From a virus, in IMG/VR virus record IMGVR_UViG_3300037400_001181, positions 1 through 39,253 of that record: DNA of 39,253 nt, one strand, 5' to 3'. Below the pieces are notes generated by a model. It made no database searches, was not told where the DNA came from, and worked only from the letters and a program-made list of their open reading frames with translations. Below, one piece after another: positions 1 to 8,269 of the stretch. Position 1 is the stretch's first letter. The number at the start of each line of letters is the position of its first letter. The translations under genes and the position numbers were made by a program.

Positions 1-127
1 TCAAATTCAGCTGCATACTGCAATCCTCCTGATGTAATTTGAGCCGCGCATCAGCCGGTAGACTTCGCGGTCAGAGAGTCCGGCGTGGTGACAGTGTCGA
101 AGAAGGTAGACACGTTGGCCTTGTCCG
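1..127. repeat. Terminal overlap, left copy (identical to 39127-39253)
   Basis: tcaaattcagctgcatactgcaatcctcctg... was read identically at both ends. It spans the chaperone start codon and the 3' end of the major tail gene. Confidence 0.9.
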
Positions 128-656
128 CTTCCAAGTCAACATTCATCGCCTTCGCCCGCTTACCGGTCTTGGTGAACTTGTGGGTGGTAGAAATGCCAGT
201 GTAGGTGATCTCCTGGCCGTTTGCGTCGGTGCCGTCATCCTCGGTCGCATGAGTGGAATCCGGAATAGAGAACTGGCCCTTGTAACGCCACACATAGACT
301 TCCTTGCCGTTGGTCTTCTTCGCCTTGTAACCCAGGGCGAAATACTTGGTCTCCCGTTCGCCCTCGATGAGGACACCCAGATTGCTGTCATACTGCTGAC
401 CGGTGATCTCCGCTAGAACTTCCAGCGGAATCGCGGAGACAGTGCAGGTCACCTCATCGGAGCCAGTGGAACTGACCACGACGGCGGGCACATTGTCATA
501 GTAGTGCGGCTCGGAGCTGGTCTCCGTTGTCCGGCCGATCTCTGCCACGCCCGCCAGCTGCTTGACCGTGCCTGTAGTATAGCTTTCGTCATCATCGGCA
601 GTGACTTCGGCATACACCAGACCTTCCACGCCACGATATTCAAAAATTTCAGCCAT
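51..656 (-). CDS. Major tail protein
   Basis: Internal ATG at 656 (MAEIFEYRGVEGLVYAEV...) lies 6 nt after GGAGG. It sits after the tail terminator and before the chaperone genes across the junction. N-terminus resembles TP901-1/phi13-type major tail proteins. Confidence 0.8.
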   Translation of the reverse strand: MAEIFEYRGVEGLVYAEVTADDDESYTTGTVKQLAGVAEIGRTTETSSEPHYYDNVPAVVVSSTGSDEVTCTVSAIPLEVLAEITGQQYDSNLGVLIEGERETKYFALGYKAKKTNGKEVYVWRYKGQFSIPDSTHATEDDGTDANGQEITYTGISTTHKFTKTGKRAKAMNVDLEADKANVSTFFDTVTTPDSLTAKSTG

Positions 657-666
657 AATAAACCTC

Positions 667-1014
667 CTAGTTGATTTCCAAGAACAAAACATTGACCCCC
701 CTGCCGGTGTGGGTCGGCTCATCGGCCTCCGCGTCAAAGCCTTTCCCCGGCACGATGAAGCGCTTTGCTTTTAGTGCGTTTATCGCATTTTCCAGCACTC
801 GAAATGTGTTGGCAGGGTCGATGGAATAGAAAAACACGTTAAAATCCCAGACACAGGAACGAGCCTGATTGTCGTAATGGGAGCCGTCCGTTGTCTCCAC
901 ATTCCAGTAGGTGAAGAAGTGGTCTGGATACGGCTCATCCTCTGTGAAGGAACCTTGCCGGTAGACGGGATATCCCAGGCTCTCCAGCGTAGAAATCAGC
1001 AGATCGACTACCAT
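667..1014 (-). CDS. Tail terminator / tail completion protein (SPP1 gp17-like position)
   Basis: About 115 aa between the HK97 gp10-like gene and the major tail gene. ATG at 1014 follows GAAGGGTGG; the GTG at 1023 has no usable spacing. Confidence 0.55.
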   Translation of the reverse strand: MVVDLLISTLESLGYPVYRQGSFTEDEPYPDHFFTYWNVETTDGSHYDNQARSCVWDFNVFFYSIDPANTFRVLENAINALKAKRFIVPGKGFDAEADEPTHTGRGVNVLFLEIN

Positions 1015-1015
1015 A

Positions 1016-1456
1016 TCAACCACCCTTCATCCGCCGCCCGATTTCTTCTGTCAATGCGTCAGAGATTTCTTTCATCAATCCGGCACAGTATTTCTTCCTC
1101 GCGTAAATCGTCTCCAACTTGTGATCCGGCTTCATCCTGGGCGTCCCCGTGATCAGGAACCCGCCCGCGCCCGGCTTGGCATAGTCAAAACCGATCGGCA
1201 GGGAGCCGATGTTTCCTGTCCAGGACACCTTGGGGTTCCGGATGATGGATTTCTCCGTATCGCCCTGCGAGTATTTGCCTCCGGCGGGGAGGTTGCTGGC
1301 TCGCACTGCCTCCAGCGTGTCCTCCCCTACCGTCTCTCCAATCTGTTCCAGCTGATCGGTGAAGAACGCTTGTAGGTCACCACCCAGCCCGTCAAATCTT
1401 GCGGCAAGGTCTTCAAAGCCTTTGGTATCGAACCCGAACTTGATGCGTCTGCCCAT
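1016..1456 (-). CDS. HK97 gp10-family tail-completion protein
   Basis: 146 aa, MGRRIKFGFDTKGFEDLAARFDGLG... resembles the gp10 family. TAATG overlap with the upstream gene. Confidence 0.75.
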   Translation of the reverse strand: MGRRIKFGFDTKGFEDLAARFDGLGGDLQAFFTDQLEQIGETVGEDTLEAVRASNLPAGGKYSQGDTEKSIIRNPKVSWTGNIGSLPIGFDYAKPGAGGFLITGTPRMKPDHKLETIYARKKYCAGLMKEISDALTEEIGRRMKGG

Positions 1457-1803
1457 TATGCCTGCCCCTTTACTCGCTGCACCTTGAATTTGCAGAACTG
1501 ATTCCGCATATTGATGTTTTCCGGTTCGCCCAGCACCTCATATACGGCGCCGGTGGTCAAAACTTTAATGCGGCAATCACTGCCCAGATCCGGGTGGAAC
1601 CAGGTCTCTACGTTGGCAGTGTCGATCACGGCATACACATCGTTGTCATTCCGCTCCGTCCCGCCGTAGGTCTTGAAACTGCAATCCAGTCGGACGCCCG
1701 TCTCCGGGAAAACCTTCACCCGGACGCCCTTGACCGTCTTGTAAGTAGGAATCAACAGCTCGATTGGCGTCGCATACGGAAACGCCGGTTTAAATCCTGC
1801 CAT
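1456..1803 (-). CDS. Head closure / head-tail adaptor protein (SPP1 gp16-like)
   Basis: 115 aa with a GAGGAGG RBS. The ...YEVLGEPENINMRNQFCKFKVQRV C-terminus is typical of head-closure proteins. Gene order supports the call. Confidence 0.75.
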   Translation of the reverse strand: MAGFKPAFPYATPIELLIPTYKTVKGVRVKVFPETGVRLDCSFKTYGGTERNDNDVYAVIDTANVETWFHPDLGSDCRIKVLTTGAVYEVLGEPENINMRNQFCKFKVQRVKGQA

Positions 1804-1817
1804 CGTCGCACACCTCC

Positions 1818-2060
1818 TCAGTCCTGTGCCTGATACGCCAGCTGAGCGGCGCGCTGGAGGAAATACTCCGAAAAGCCAGCGTCGCCGCTCCCATAATTCC
1901 AGAGGTCAGAGACCCCACGGGCAACAATGCCGGGCGTAATGTCCGCATTGTCAACGCCTGAATCCACCAAGAACGCCGTGACTTCTTCGATATACCCGTT
2001 GATTGTCGCATCCTGATAATCGCCCTGGATGCCCAGTAAGGCTTTCACACGCTCTAGCAT
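1818..2060 (-). CDS. Head-tail connector (gp6/gp15-like)
   Basis: About 80 aa, MLERVKALLGIQGDYQDATINGYIEEV.... ATG at 2060 is 9 nt after GGAAGGAGG. It lies downstream of the capsid gene. Confidence 0.7.
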   Translation of the reverse strand: MLERVKALLGIQGDYQDATINGYIEEVTAFLVDSGVDNADITPGIVARGVSDLWNYGSGDAGFSEYFLQRAAQLAYQAQD

Positions 2061-2081
2061 CGTCACCCGCCTCCTTCCTCA

Positions 2082-2219
2082 TCAGCTGCCGCTTGTAGGA
2101 TAATGATCCGCCATGAACTGGAGGACCTCTGCGATGGTGTCGCCAGTGACAGCGTCTGCGCTGGCTGCGCAACCCAGCTTGACCGCCAGGTTCTTGAGCG
2201 CGATTACGGTGTTGCCCAT
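2082..2219 (-). CDS. Small hypothetical protein (45 aa)
   Basis: ATG at 2219 is 6 nt after GGAGG, directly behind the capsid gene. The longer 68-aa ORF start lacks an RBS. Confidence 0.4.
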   Translation of the reverse strand: MGNTVIALKNLAVKLGCAASADAVTGDTIAEVLQFMADHYPTSGS

Positions 2220-2230
2220 GATAATCCTCC

Positions 2231-3511
2231 TTACTTCTTCAGGATGAACACGCCGTTGACGTCCAGGAGCTTGCCATCCATGATGCACAGACCCTTGTTG
2301 ACGTAGCGGTTCTTGTCATCGTCAAACCAGCGCTTGAAGCCGATCTGCAGGTTGGAGTTGATCGCATAGTCGGTAGGCTTCAGATAGATTGCCCAGGCGT
2401 CCCCAGTGGAAGCGGTGTCAAAATCCTTGAGGATGTCCGGTTCCACCAGGATGACCTCACGACCGCCGAAGCGGCAGGTCAGATTGCCGTTGGTCGGGTC
2501 GTAGGTCTCCACATACAGGGGACGGTTATTGTCATCCTTCATGGTCATGATGTAGCTCTCCCAGGTCGCGGGCGTCATCACGAAGAGACCCTCACCGCGA
2601 TAGGCCAGGGGAATCTTGGCGAACAGCTTGGTTCTCCACTTCGTCCAGTCTGCCAGCTCGGCAGAGGTAAAGGTGATCTTGTGCGCGGCCGCCACTCTGG
2701 TGTCGGTCAGAATACCGGTAGGCTGGCCGGAGCCGGTGCCGTTGATGATGATGCGGTCAAATTCCTTCACGAAGGCTTCCGCCAGCAGTCTGGCAATTTC
2801 GGATTCCAGAATGTCCAGGGTGACCACCTGGGAGAGCAGGGACTGGGCAATTCTCGCCTCGCAGATGTGATAGCCGAAGGACACAGAGGTCTTCAGTTCC
2901 GGTGCCTTCTGGGTGTCAGATACGGTGGTCTCGGTAATCCAGCTCACAGTGGGGACCAGGGATTCAATGGGAAATTCCACGCCGCCCTTGACGTTCAGTT
3001 TCCGCACCCGGTTATACAGGTTGCCATAGACCTTCAGGTCCTTGATGAACTCCTGCATGATGGTGTTGGGGATGATCTTGCCAACATCGGTAGTAATCAG
3101 AGTAGCATCCGCACGGGATTCCAGCGCGGCGAACTGGGATTCGTCACCAGTTCTCACGTAGGCGGCAAAGGCGTTCCGGTATTCCATGGTGTCCAGGATG
3201 CTGCAGGCACGCTGGGCAGGCGCACGATGCTGGCCATAGGCTGCCAGCGGGTTGCCGCCTCTGAACTCTGCACCAGCGGGAGCCCGTTCCCGTTCATCGG
3301 GTGCGGGAGCGGGTTCTTTTTCCTCGCCCTTATCTTCCTCGGCGGCGTCCAGCTGTTCCTTCGCGTCGGACAGCTCATCCAGGACGGCCTGGAGAGTCTC
3401 GCCCAGGGAACGCACTTCATCAGCAGTGTCTGCCTGTTTGATTAGCTTGCGCAGCTCCGCCGCACGGGCTTCCTTGGCTGCGATAACCTTCTTCAAATAG
3501 TCTTTGAACAT
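2231..3511 (-). CDS. Major capsid protein, HK97 family
   Basis: 426 aa with an N-terminal coiled-coil/acidic delta-like region followed by an HK97-like body. It follows the prohead protease. RBS AGGAGG. Confidence 0.9.
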   Translation of the reverse strand: MFKDYLKKVIAAKEARAAELRKLIKQADTADEVRSLGETLQAVLDELSDAKEQLDAAEEDKGEEKEPAPAPDERERAPAGAEFRGGNPLAAYGQHRAPAQRACSILDTMEYRNAFAAYVRTGDESQFAALESRADATLITTDVGKIIPNTIMQEFIKDLKVYGNLYNRVRKLNVKGGVEFPIESLVPTVSWITETTVSDTQKAPELKTSVSFGYHICEARIAQSLLSQVVTLDILESEIARLLAEAFVKEFDRIIINGTGSGQPTGILTDTRVAAAHKITFTSAELADWTKWRTKLFAKIPLAYRGEGLFVMTPATWESYIMTMKDDNNRPLYVETYDPTNGNLTCRFGGREVILVEPDILKDFDTASTGDAWAIYLKPTDYAINSNLQIGFKRWFDDDKNRYVNKGLCIMDGKLLDVNGVFILKK

Positions 3512-3522
3512 CGGTAAACCTC

Positions 3523-4158
3523 CTAAATGTCATAGAGATAGTGTGCTTTTAATCTTTCCAACGCAAGGTCAGTGTCCACCGACCGTTCCCGCTTCTGCCT
3601 CGCAGTCTCCACCGCTTGACGGGCATTCTCCAACGCCGTCTTTCCACGGGCATTGATCTCAGTGCTGTCGTAGGCGGGGAATGTCACCGCGCTCACTTCC
3701 ACCACTGTGCCAATCGCTTTGATATGTCTGGTGGGATAATCCGAATCCAAGTTCTCCCACTCTTCCTCTCGCACCGAAAACATGAAGGACATACCTGATA
3801 CGTCCCCACGTTTCACGGCGCTATACAGATTCCGGGCGTCCGTATTGTTCTCTGTGTCCAAGTTCACCCGGATTTCCATGCCGTCCTTGTCCACGGATAA
3901 CTGCATGGTGGAGTTTTTCGTATTCTTGCGGCTTCGGGCCAGGGGGATTTTACTGAAGTCGTGGTTCACCAGGAACCGCACATCGCGCAGGTCAGTCTCA
4001 TCCAACGCTCCCTGCTCGATGACCTCAGCACAATAGCCCAGGTCAGTCACTTTGTCATAGACGATGGGACGACCTGTAATGATGCTTCCAGTATTATTCT
4101 CCTCCGCCCGAATATCAAAATGATACTGTCGCTGCTCTAGCGGCTTCTTATCCTTCAT
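3523..4158 (-). CDS. Prohead maturation protease, HK97 family
   Basis: ATG at 4158 is 8 nt after GGAGG. YHFDIRAEENNTGSIITGRPIVYD...FLVNHD resembles HK97 proteases. It lies between portal and capsid. Confidence 0.85.
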   Translation of the reverse strand: MKDKKPLEQRQYHFDIRAEENNTGSIITGRPIVYDKVTDLGYCAEVIEQGALDETDLRDVRFLVNHDFSKIPLARSRKNTKNSTMQLSVDKDGMEIRVNLDTENNTDARNLYSAVKRGDVSGMSFMFSVREEEWENLDSDYPTRHIKAIGTVVEVSAVTFPAYDSTEINARGKTALENARQAVETARQKRERSVDTDLALERLKAHYLYDI

Positions 4159-5389
4159 CCTGTCCACCTCCATTATCGTTGGACTGTTCACCTGTTTGAT
4201 ATTGCGCGGCCAAATTTACATTGACGTAGTTGAGGCTCATCATACGCACACCTTCCAATTCAGGCAACGGGCGCAAACCAAATGCAGTACGCTTTTCGTT
4301 TTCATACAGCGCCCCGCTGTCACCCAGCAGCCGAATCATTTCCAGCGTCTGGTCAACAGACATAAAAATTAAATCCTTGGGGTACAAGACAACCTTGTTC
4401 CCATAGGCCCGCTCCCGGTCGGTGAACAGCGTCCGGGTGAACGCCTGTCCGATGGAGATGATGAGCGGTTCCAGCGTCTTCTGATAAAACGCCTCATACT
4501 GGGCCTTGGTGTAGTCCCCAGTCAGGATGCAGAGGGGGACGCCGAATTGACGGAGAATTTTTGTGTCGATGAACTCCAGCGTCTTCTCATCCACCAGTTG
4601 GATTTCTTTCTTGATGGGGACGAATTCCGACTTCAAGTCCAAGGGCAGGAAACCGCTTTCCGACTTTTGCAGCTTTGTCTCCAGCTCCTTCAGCGCTGCT
4701 TCCGTCTTGCCCCCATCCAGCAGCGTGTTGAACCGCACAACGCCATTGATTGCAAAGCTGGATCGCATCCCCTTGGAGATGCCCGTCAGCAAATCCTTAT
4801 TGAGCTGCAAGACCTCCAGCAACGCCCGGTGGTCAGGCTGTCCGTTCTCATCACCGCCCATGTACTCACTGACCGAGTAGTCGTAGCGGATGTGAATAAT
4901 GTCGCTGTATCGGATGGCCGTTTCATAGTTGTTCGCAAACTTCAAGTTGACGTAGAGCGTGCCGCTGGCGTCCTGGATGAAGTCAACCTGCGTCGGTGCC
5001 AGCGGGTAGAGACCGGTATACTGCCGCCGCTCTGCGCCCTTCTCATCCTTCCAGACATAATAGGTGGGCAGTACAAAGCAGTTGTAGTTGAAAAATAATT
5101 GCCACACGATCTTCTCGAGAAAATCGCTGGTGGTCATGATCTCATTGGGCTTGTCCAAGATGGTTTGGATGTTCCCCCTGACTGCAATCTTGTCTGACCC
5201 GTTTTCCCGGATGTGCGTCGGTTTCAGCTTCTTCATCTCCTGGACGATGCAGCGTATCGCCTGCTGCACCACGTCGGAGGCATAGATGTTATCCCCGAAC
5301 TGGGAGAAAATCGGAGTGAACCCGTTCAGCATATCCGCATACGTTGTATTCTGCGGCTTTTTCCGCCGCAGCTTATCCAGCCAGCTCAA
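4148..5389 (-). CDS. Portal protein, HK97 family
   Basis: 413 aa, TTG start after GAGAGGTG, immediately downstream of terL. Size and position are typical of portal proteins. Confidence 0.85.
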   Translation of the reverse strand: MSWLDKLRRKKPQNTTYADMLNGFTPIFSQFGDNIYASDVVQQAIRCIVQEMKKLKPTHIRENGSDKIAVRGNIQTILDKPNEIMTTSDFLEKIVWQLFFNYNCFVLPTYYVWKDEKGAERRQYTGLYPLAPTQVDFIQDASGTLYVNLKFANNYETAIRYSDIIHIRYDYSVSEYMGGDENGQPDHRALLEVLQLNKDLLTGISKGMRSSFAINGVVRFNTLLDGGKTEAALKELETKLQKSESGFLPLDLKSEFVPIKKEIQLVDEKTLEFIDTKILRQFGVPLCILTGDYTKAQYEAFYQKTLEPLIISIGQAFTRTLFTDRERAYGNKVVLYPKDLIFMSVDQTLEMIRLLGDSGALYENEKRTAFGLRPLPELEGVRMMSLNYVNVNLAAQYQTGEQSNDNGGGQDEG

Positions 5390-5394
5390 TCACA

Positions 5395-7107
5395 TCACCT
5401 CTCTAGCAACTGCTTAAATTCTGTCCGATAGCGCCGGTACATCTCGTACAGGATGATGAGGGTCACAGCGCCGTCAATCCGCTTTTGCGGCTCCAGTTTG
5501 ACCGCCATGCAGCGGCCTACGCTGTCCACGTCGATACCGGCATTTTTCAGGTTCCATTTGTCCACTGGGTTGTCGTTATAGTTGATGAGTTGGTGGGCAA
5601 AATCAGCCTCGCACAGCTTCATGGCATTACTCAACGTCTCCCGGTTCTGCAAGATCAGGATCAGGTCATCGTTGGCCTTCTGCCAGCCGTAAAACTCCAT
5701 CTGGTTGAGCCAGTCTTTTGAGAAGCGCTGGTCATAACCGCACTTCCACAGCTTGATGTCATAGGACACATACAGCTGGTAGAACCAGTCCGCCACCAGG
5801 GCAAGGTCGATGTCATTGCCCTCTGATACGGTGATGTATCCGGCCTTCGCCCATTCTGCGTATTCGGCGCCAGCGTTCTTGTCGTCGGATTCCGTCAACT
5901 TCCGCTCCGGAATGAAATACATCGTGTAGATGTACTTTGTATTGTCACCAGGCTTCATTAGCAGGATTTTGGCGCAGGTCAAGTCGGTGGTCTCCGACAT
6001 ATCCACTGCCCCCAGGCAGATGCAGCCCCGGAAGTCTTCCAGGTCGTAGACGGCCTGATAGTCATAGTCCTCCAGGGTCAGCCACGCCTGTCCGCCGTTC
6101 TGCTTGATGTTGAAATCCTTGGCCAGAACAAAGATTCTGTCCGCCTTGCTCGTCCTGGCCATGTCCACCTGTTCCTCTAAGTACTCCCACTTTTTAACGA
6201 TGCCCAAGGTGGGATTGCTCTTCATCCACAGCCGGTTCTCACGGTCACCCTGCCACACCTCCAGTTCGCTGTCCTGGGTGTAGAGCCACGGCAGCAGACG
6301 TTCCCCTGCTATGCCGGTGTCCTCCCGGTGGATGACCGCACGGGCCTTTTTCAGCTCCTCATCCAGGTATCCGTCCACCACGAAACCTTCCGTCGTGATA
6401 TTGATAAACTTCGGGTTATCTTTCAAGGACTGGGACTGCTCAACAGACTTGCCGATGACATTCTCTTTCATCTCATGGGTCTCGTCCACAATCGCGAAGT
6501 CGATGTTCCGTCCCTCTTTATTTTTCGTCCGGTCGGACATCTTGAACACTTTGGTATTGGTGACCTTGTTCAAAATGAAGCGCTGGTTCCGCTTGGTGTC
6601 CAGGTCGTTTGGGTCAATGAGCATCCGCATGGTGTCGATCGCATCATAGACCAGACTGGCCTGGGTGTCATCGTTGGAGCTGCAACAAATATCTGCACCC
6701 TCGTTCCCCGTGATAAACTCAGACAGCCCCAGCGCCGATGAAGTTTCGCTCTTCGTATTCTTCCGGGCAATCAATAGGATGGTCTTTTTGAACCGGTCAA
6801 AGCCGGTATCGGCCATTTTGAACGAGTAGAGCGCTTCAATCCACGCCTTCTGCCAGAGCATGAGGACCATGGGTTGATTGTAGAACGGCGACTTTGTCAG
6901 CCGCACGCAATGCTCCATGAAGTCCATGCGCAGGTTGGCGGTATCGGTGTTGTAGAAATAGCGGTCGTTGTGGAAATCCTCATACAAGTTCTCTAGCTCC
7001 TGCCACAGCTCTTGCCCAATGATAATCTCCCCACTCTCAGCCCGTGCCCGGTATTCCAGCAGGAATGAGTTATCAGGCGTCCAAAGCGTTTTTTCACGTA
7101 TAATCAC
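5395..7107 (-). CDS. terL: Terminase large subunit
   Basis: 570 aa, GTG start overlapping the upstream stop (GTGA). ATPase N-terminal half and nuclease C-terminal half by similarity. It precedes the portal gene. Confidence 0.9.
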   Translation of the reverse strand: MIIREKTLWTPDNSFLLEYRARAESGEIIIGQELWQELENLYEDFHNDRYFYNTDTANLRMDFMEHCVRLTKSPFYNQPMVLMLWQKAWIEALYSFKMADTGFDRFKKTILLIARKNTKSETSSALGLSEFITGNEGADICCSSNDDTQASLVYDAIDTMRMLIDPNDLDTKRNQRFILNKVTNTKVFKMSDRTKNKEGRNIDFAIVDETHEMKENVIGKSVEQSQSLKDNPKFINITTEGFVVDGYLDEELKKARAVIHREDTGIAGERLLPWLYTQDSELEVWQGDRENRLWMKSNPTLGIVKKWEYLEEQVDMARTSKADRIFVLAKDFNIKQNGGQAWLTLEDYDYQAVYDLEDFRGCICLGAVDMSETTDLTCAKILLMKPGDNTKYIYTMYFIPERKLTESDDKNAGAEYAEWAKAGYITVSEGNDIDLALVADWFYQLYVSYDIKLWKCGYDQRFSKDWLNQMEFYGWQKANDDLILILQNRETLSNAMKLCEADFAHQLINYNDNPVDKWNLKNAGIDVDSVGRCMAVKLEPQKRIDGAVTLIILYEMYRRYRTEFKQLLER

Positions 7108-7331
7108 AATGGCCTTAACCCTCTGCCGCTTACAATATCGTCCATTACACTGTTCTTTACCACATTGTTTACCACCCGGACATTGGAGGATTTTCCCTCT
7201 CTATTCGTAACTACGTTAAATTCAGCCGGGAGGATTAGAAACCCATTTTCCTTAATCTGCGCATTGAACATTTCAACATATTTATTAAACTGTTCATCGC
7301 TTAACAGCTTGTTACATCTAATTACCAGCAT
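7104..7331 (-). CDS. Hypothetical protein (75 aa), AT-rich insert between terS and terL
   Basis: ORF with overlapping stop/start junctions on both sides. No recognisable motif. Confidence 0.45.
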   Translation of the reverse strand: MLVIRCNKLLSDEQFNKYVEMFNAQIKENGFLILPAEFNVVTNREGKSSNVRVVNNVVKNSVMDDIVSGRGLRPL

Positions 7332-7810
7332 GACTTTTCACCCAACTCCGCATTCTCCACGGCATACGCACGATTCGTTGTGTGGAAGCACACCGTCTGG
7401 CAAGATGCCCCCTTTTTGCAGCTTACATTTTTGACCGGGTCGCAGATATAGCACTCTCCCTCGGGAGGAGGTGGGATTACTGGTTGAGCTGTGGTTTCTA
7501 TCCGGTTCAGAGTTGGTTGATTTTTCACCCAACTCCGCAACGGACTTTCTTCCTCTACTTCGATTTTGCCGGACAGCCGCGCCAGCGTCCGGATATTAGC
7601 GTTGTACTGCGCCATCAGGGACACATACATCCGGCTGGCCGGTGTTGCTTTCTGAATCTCCGGGTTGTGCGGGTGAACCCGGAGGAACGGCAGCTTCCGC
7701 AGCTCTGTGAGCCGCTGTTCTAAGAACACCACCTCATCCACCATAGGTTCAATCATCGCCCCATTGTCCTTGCCGCCCAGATATTTCAGCAGTTCATCCC
7801 GCCGACTCAT
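7322..7810 (-). CDS. terS: Terminase small subunit, P27 family
   Basis: Start at the internal ATG 7810 (GAGG 7 nt upstream; ATGA overlap with the holin stop). LRKLPFLRVHPHNPEIQKATPASRMYVSLMAQYNANIRTL is P27-like. Cys-rich C-terminal tail. Confidence 0.75.
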   Translation of the reverse strand: MSRRDELLKYLGGKDNGAMIEPMVDEVVFLEQRLTELRKLPFLRVHPHNPEIQKATPASRMYVSLMAQYNANIRTLARLSGKIEVEEESPLRSWVKNQPTLNRIETTAQPVIPPPPEGECYICDPVKNVSCKKGASCQTVCFHTTNRAYAVENAELGEKSCW

Positions 7811-8004
7811 TCGTCTGCCTCGGGGATCCCCTTGATGATACTGGTCAGCACGCTCAAAATGCCAGCCAGGGCGGTCGTGTTGAGCACCAGCAGCCAGTCT
7901 ACGCCGGTCAGCACGGTGGTCGTGCCGATGGTCGCAAGGGCGGTCTGGGCTACCGTGCGCAGGGCACGCCAGCCTGCTGCTTTCCACCAATTTTTATTCT
8001 TCAT
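7807..8004 (-). CDS. Holin (LL-H-like)
   Basis: 65 aa from ATG 8004: MKNKNWWKAAGWRALRTVAQTALATIG... with hydrophobic helices and a charged ...GIPEADE end. Confidence 0.65.
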   Translation of the reverse strand: MKNKNWWKAAGWRALRTVAQTALATIGTTTVLTGVDWLLVLNTTALAGILSVLTSIIKGIPEADE

Positions 8005-8260
8005 GGCTATGTTCCTTTCTACGTTCCAGGTCGTCAATCCGGTGGTTGGCGACTTTCATTTTTTCTTCCAACACCGGCACACGTTTTGCAAAATTATTGT
8101 GGTCTCTGACCTCGCGGGTCAGCTCTACAATTTTGGTATCCGTGACAGCCTGGGCGATTTCCAACTGCTGCTGCAATTTCTTTCCGTTGCTTCGGCTGGT
8201 GATGATGACGCCGATCAGCGACAGGCCGCCGGTGATCAGCGCTACGACGATACTCTCCAT
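7994..8260 (-). CDS. N-terminally membrane-anchored coiled-coil protein (lysis-associated?)
   Basis: 88 aa with a GAGGAGG RBS. TM segment MESIVVALITGGLSLIGVIIT, then a charged helix. It sits directly upstream of the holin. Confidence 0.55.
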   Translation of the reverse strand: MESIVVALITGGLSLIGVIITSRSNGKKLQQQLEIAQAVTDTKIVELTREVRDHNNFAKRVPVLEEKMKVANHRIDDLERRKEHSHEE

Positions 8261-8269
8261 ATGGCCTCC

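Noticed and set aside
1-127. Biological direct terminal repeat or LTR-like element
   Set aside because: The repeat boundaries fall inside coding sequence and match an assembler overlap on a circular molecule. Read-start analysis would be needed to claim physical termini.
7811-7990. N-terminal extensions of ORF-track entries (222-aa terS ORF; also 10878-11060 and 11729-11956)
   Set aside because: Internal ATGs with well-spaced Shine-Dalgarno sequences give products that begin at the recognisable domains. The extensions overlap the holin gene or run into intergenic terminators and look non-protein-like.
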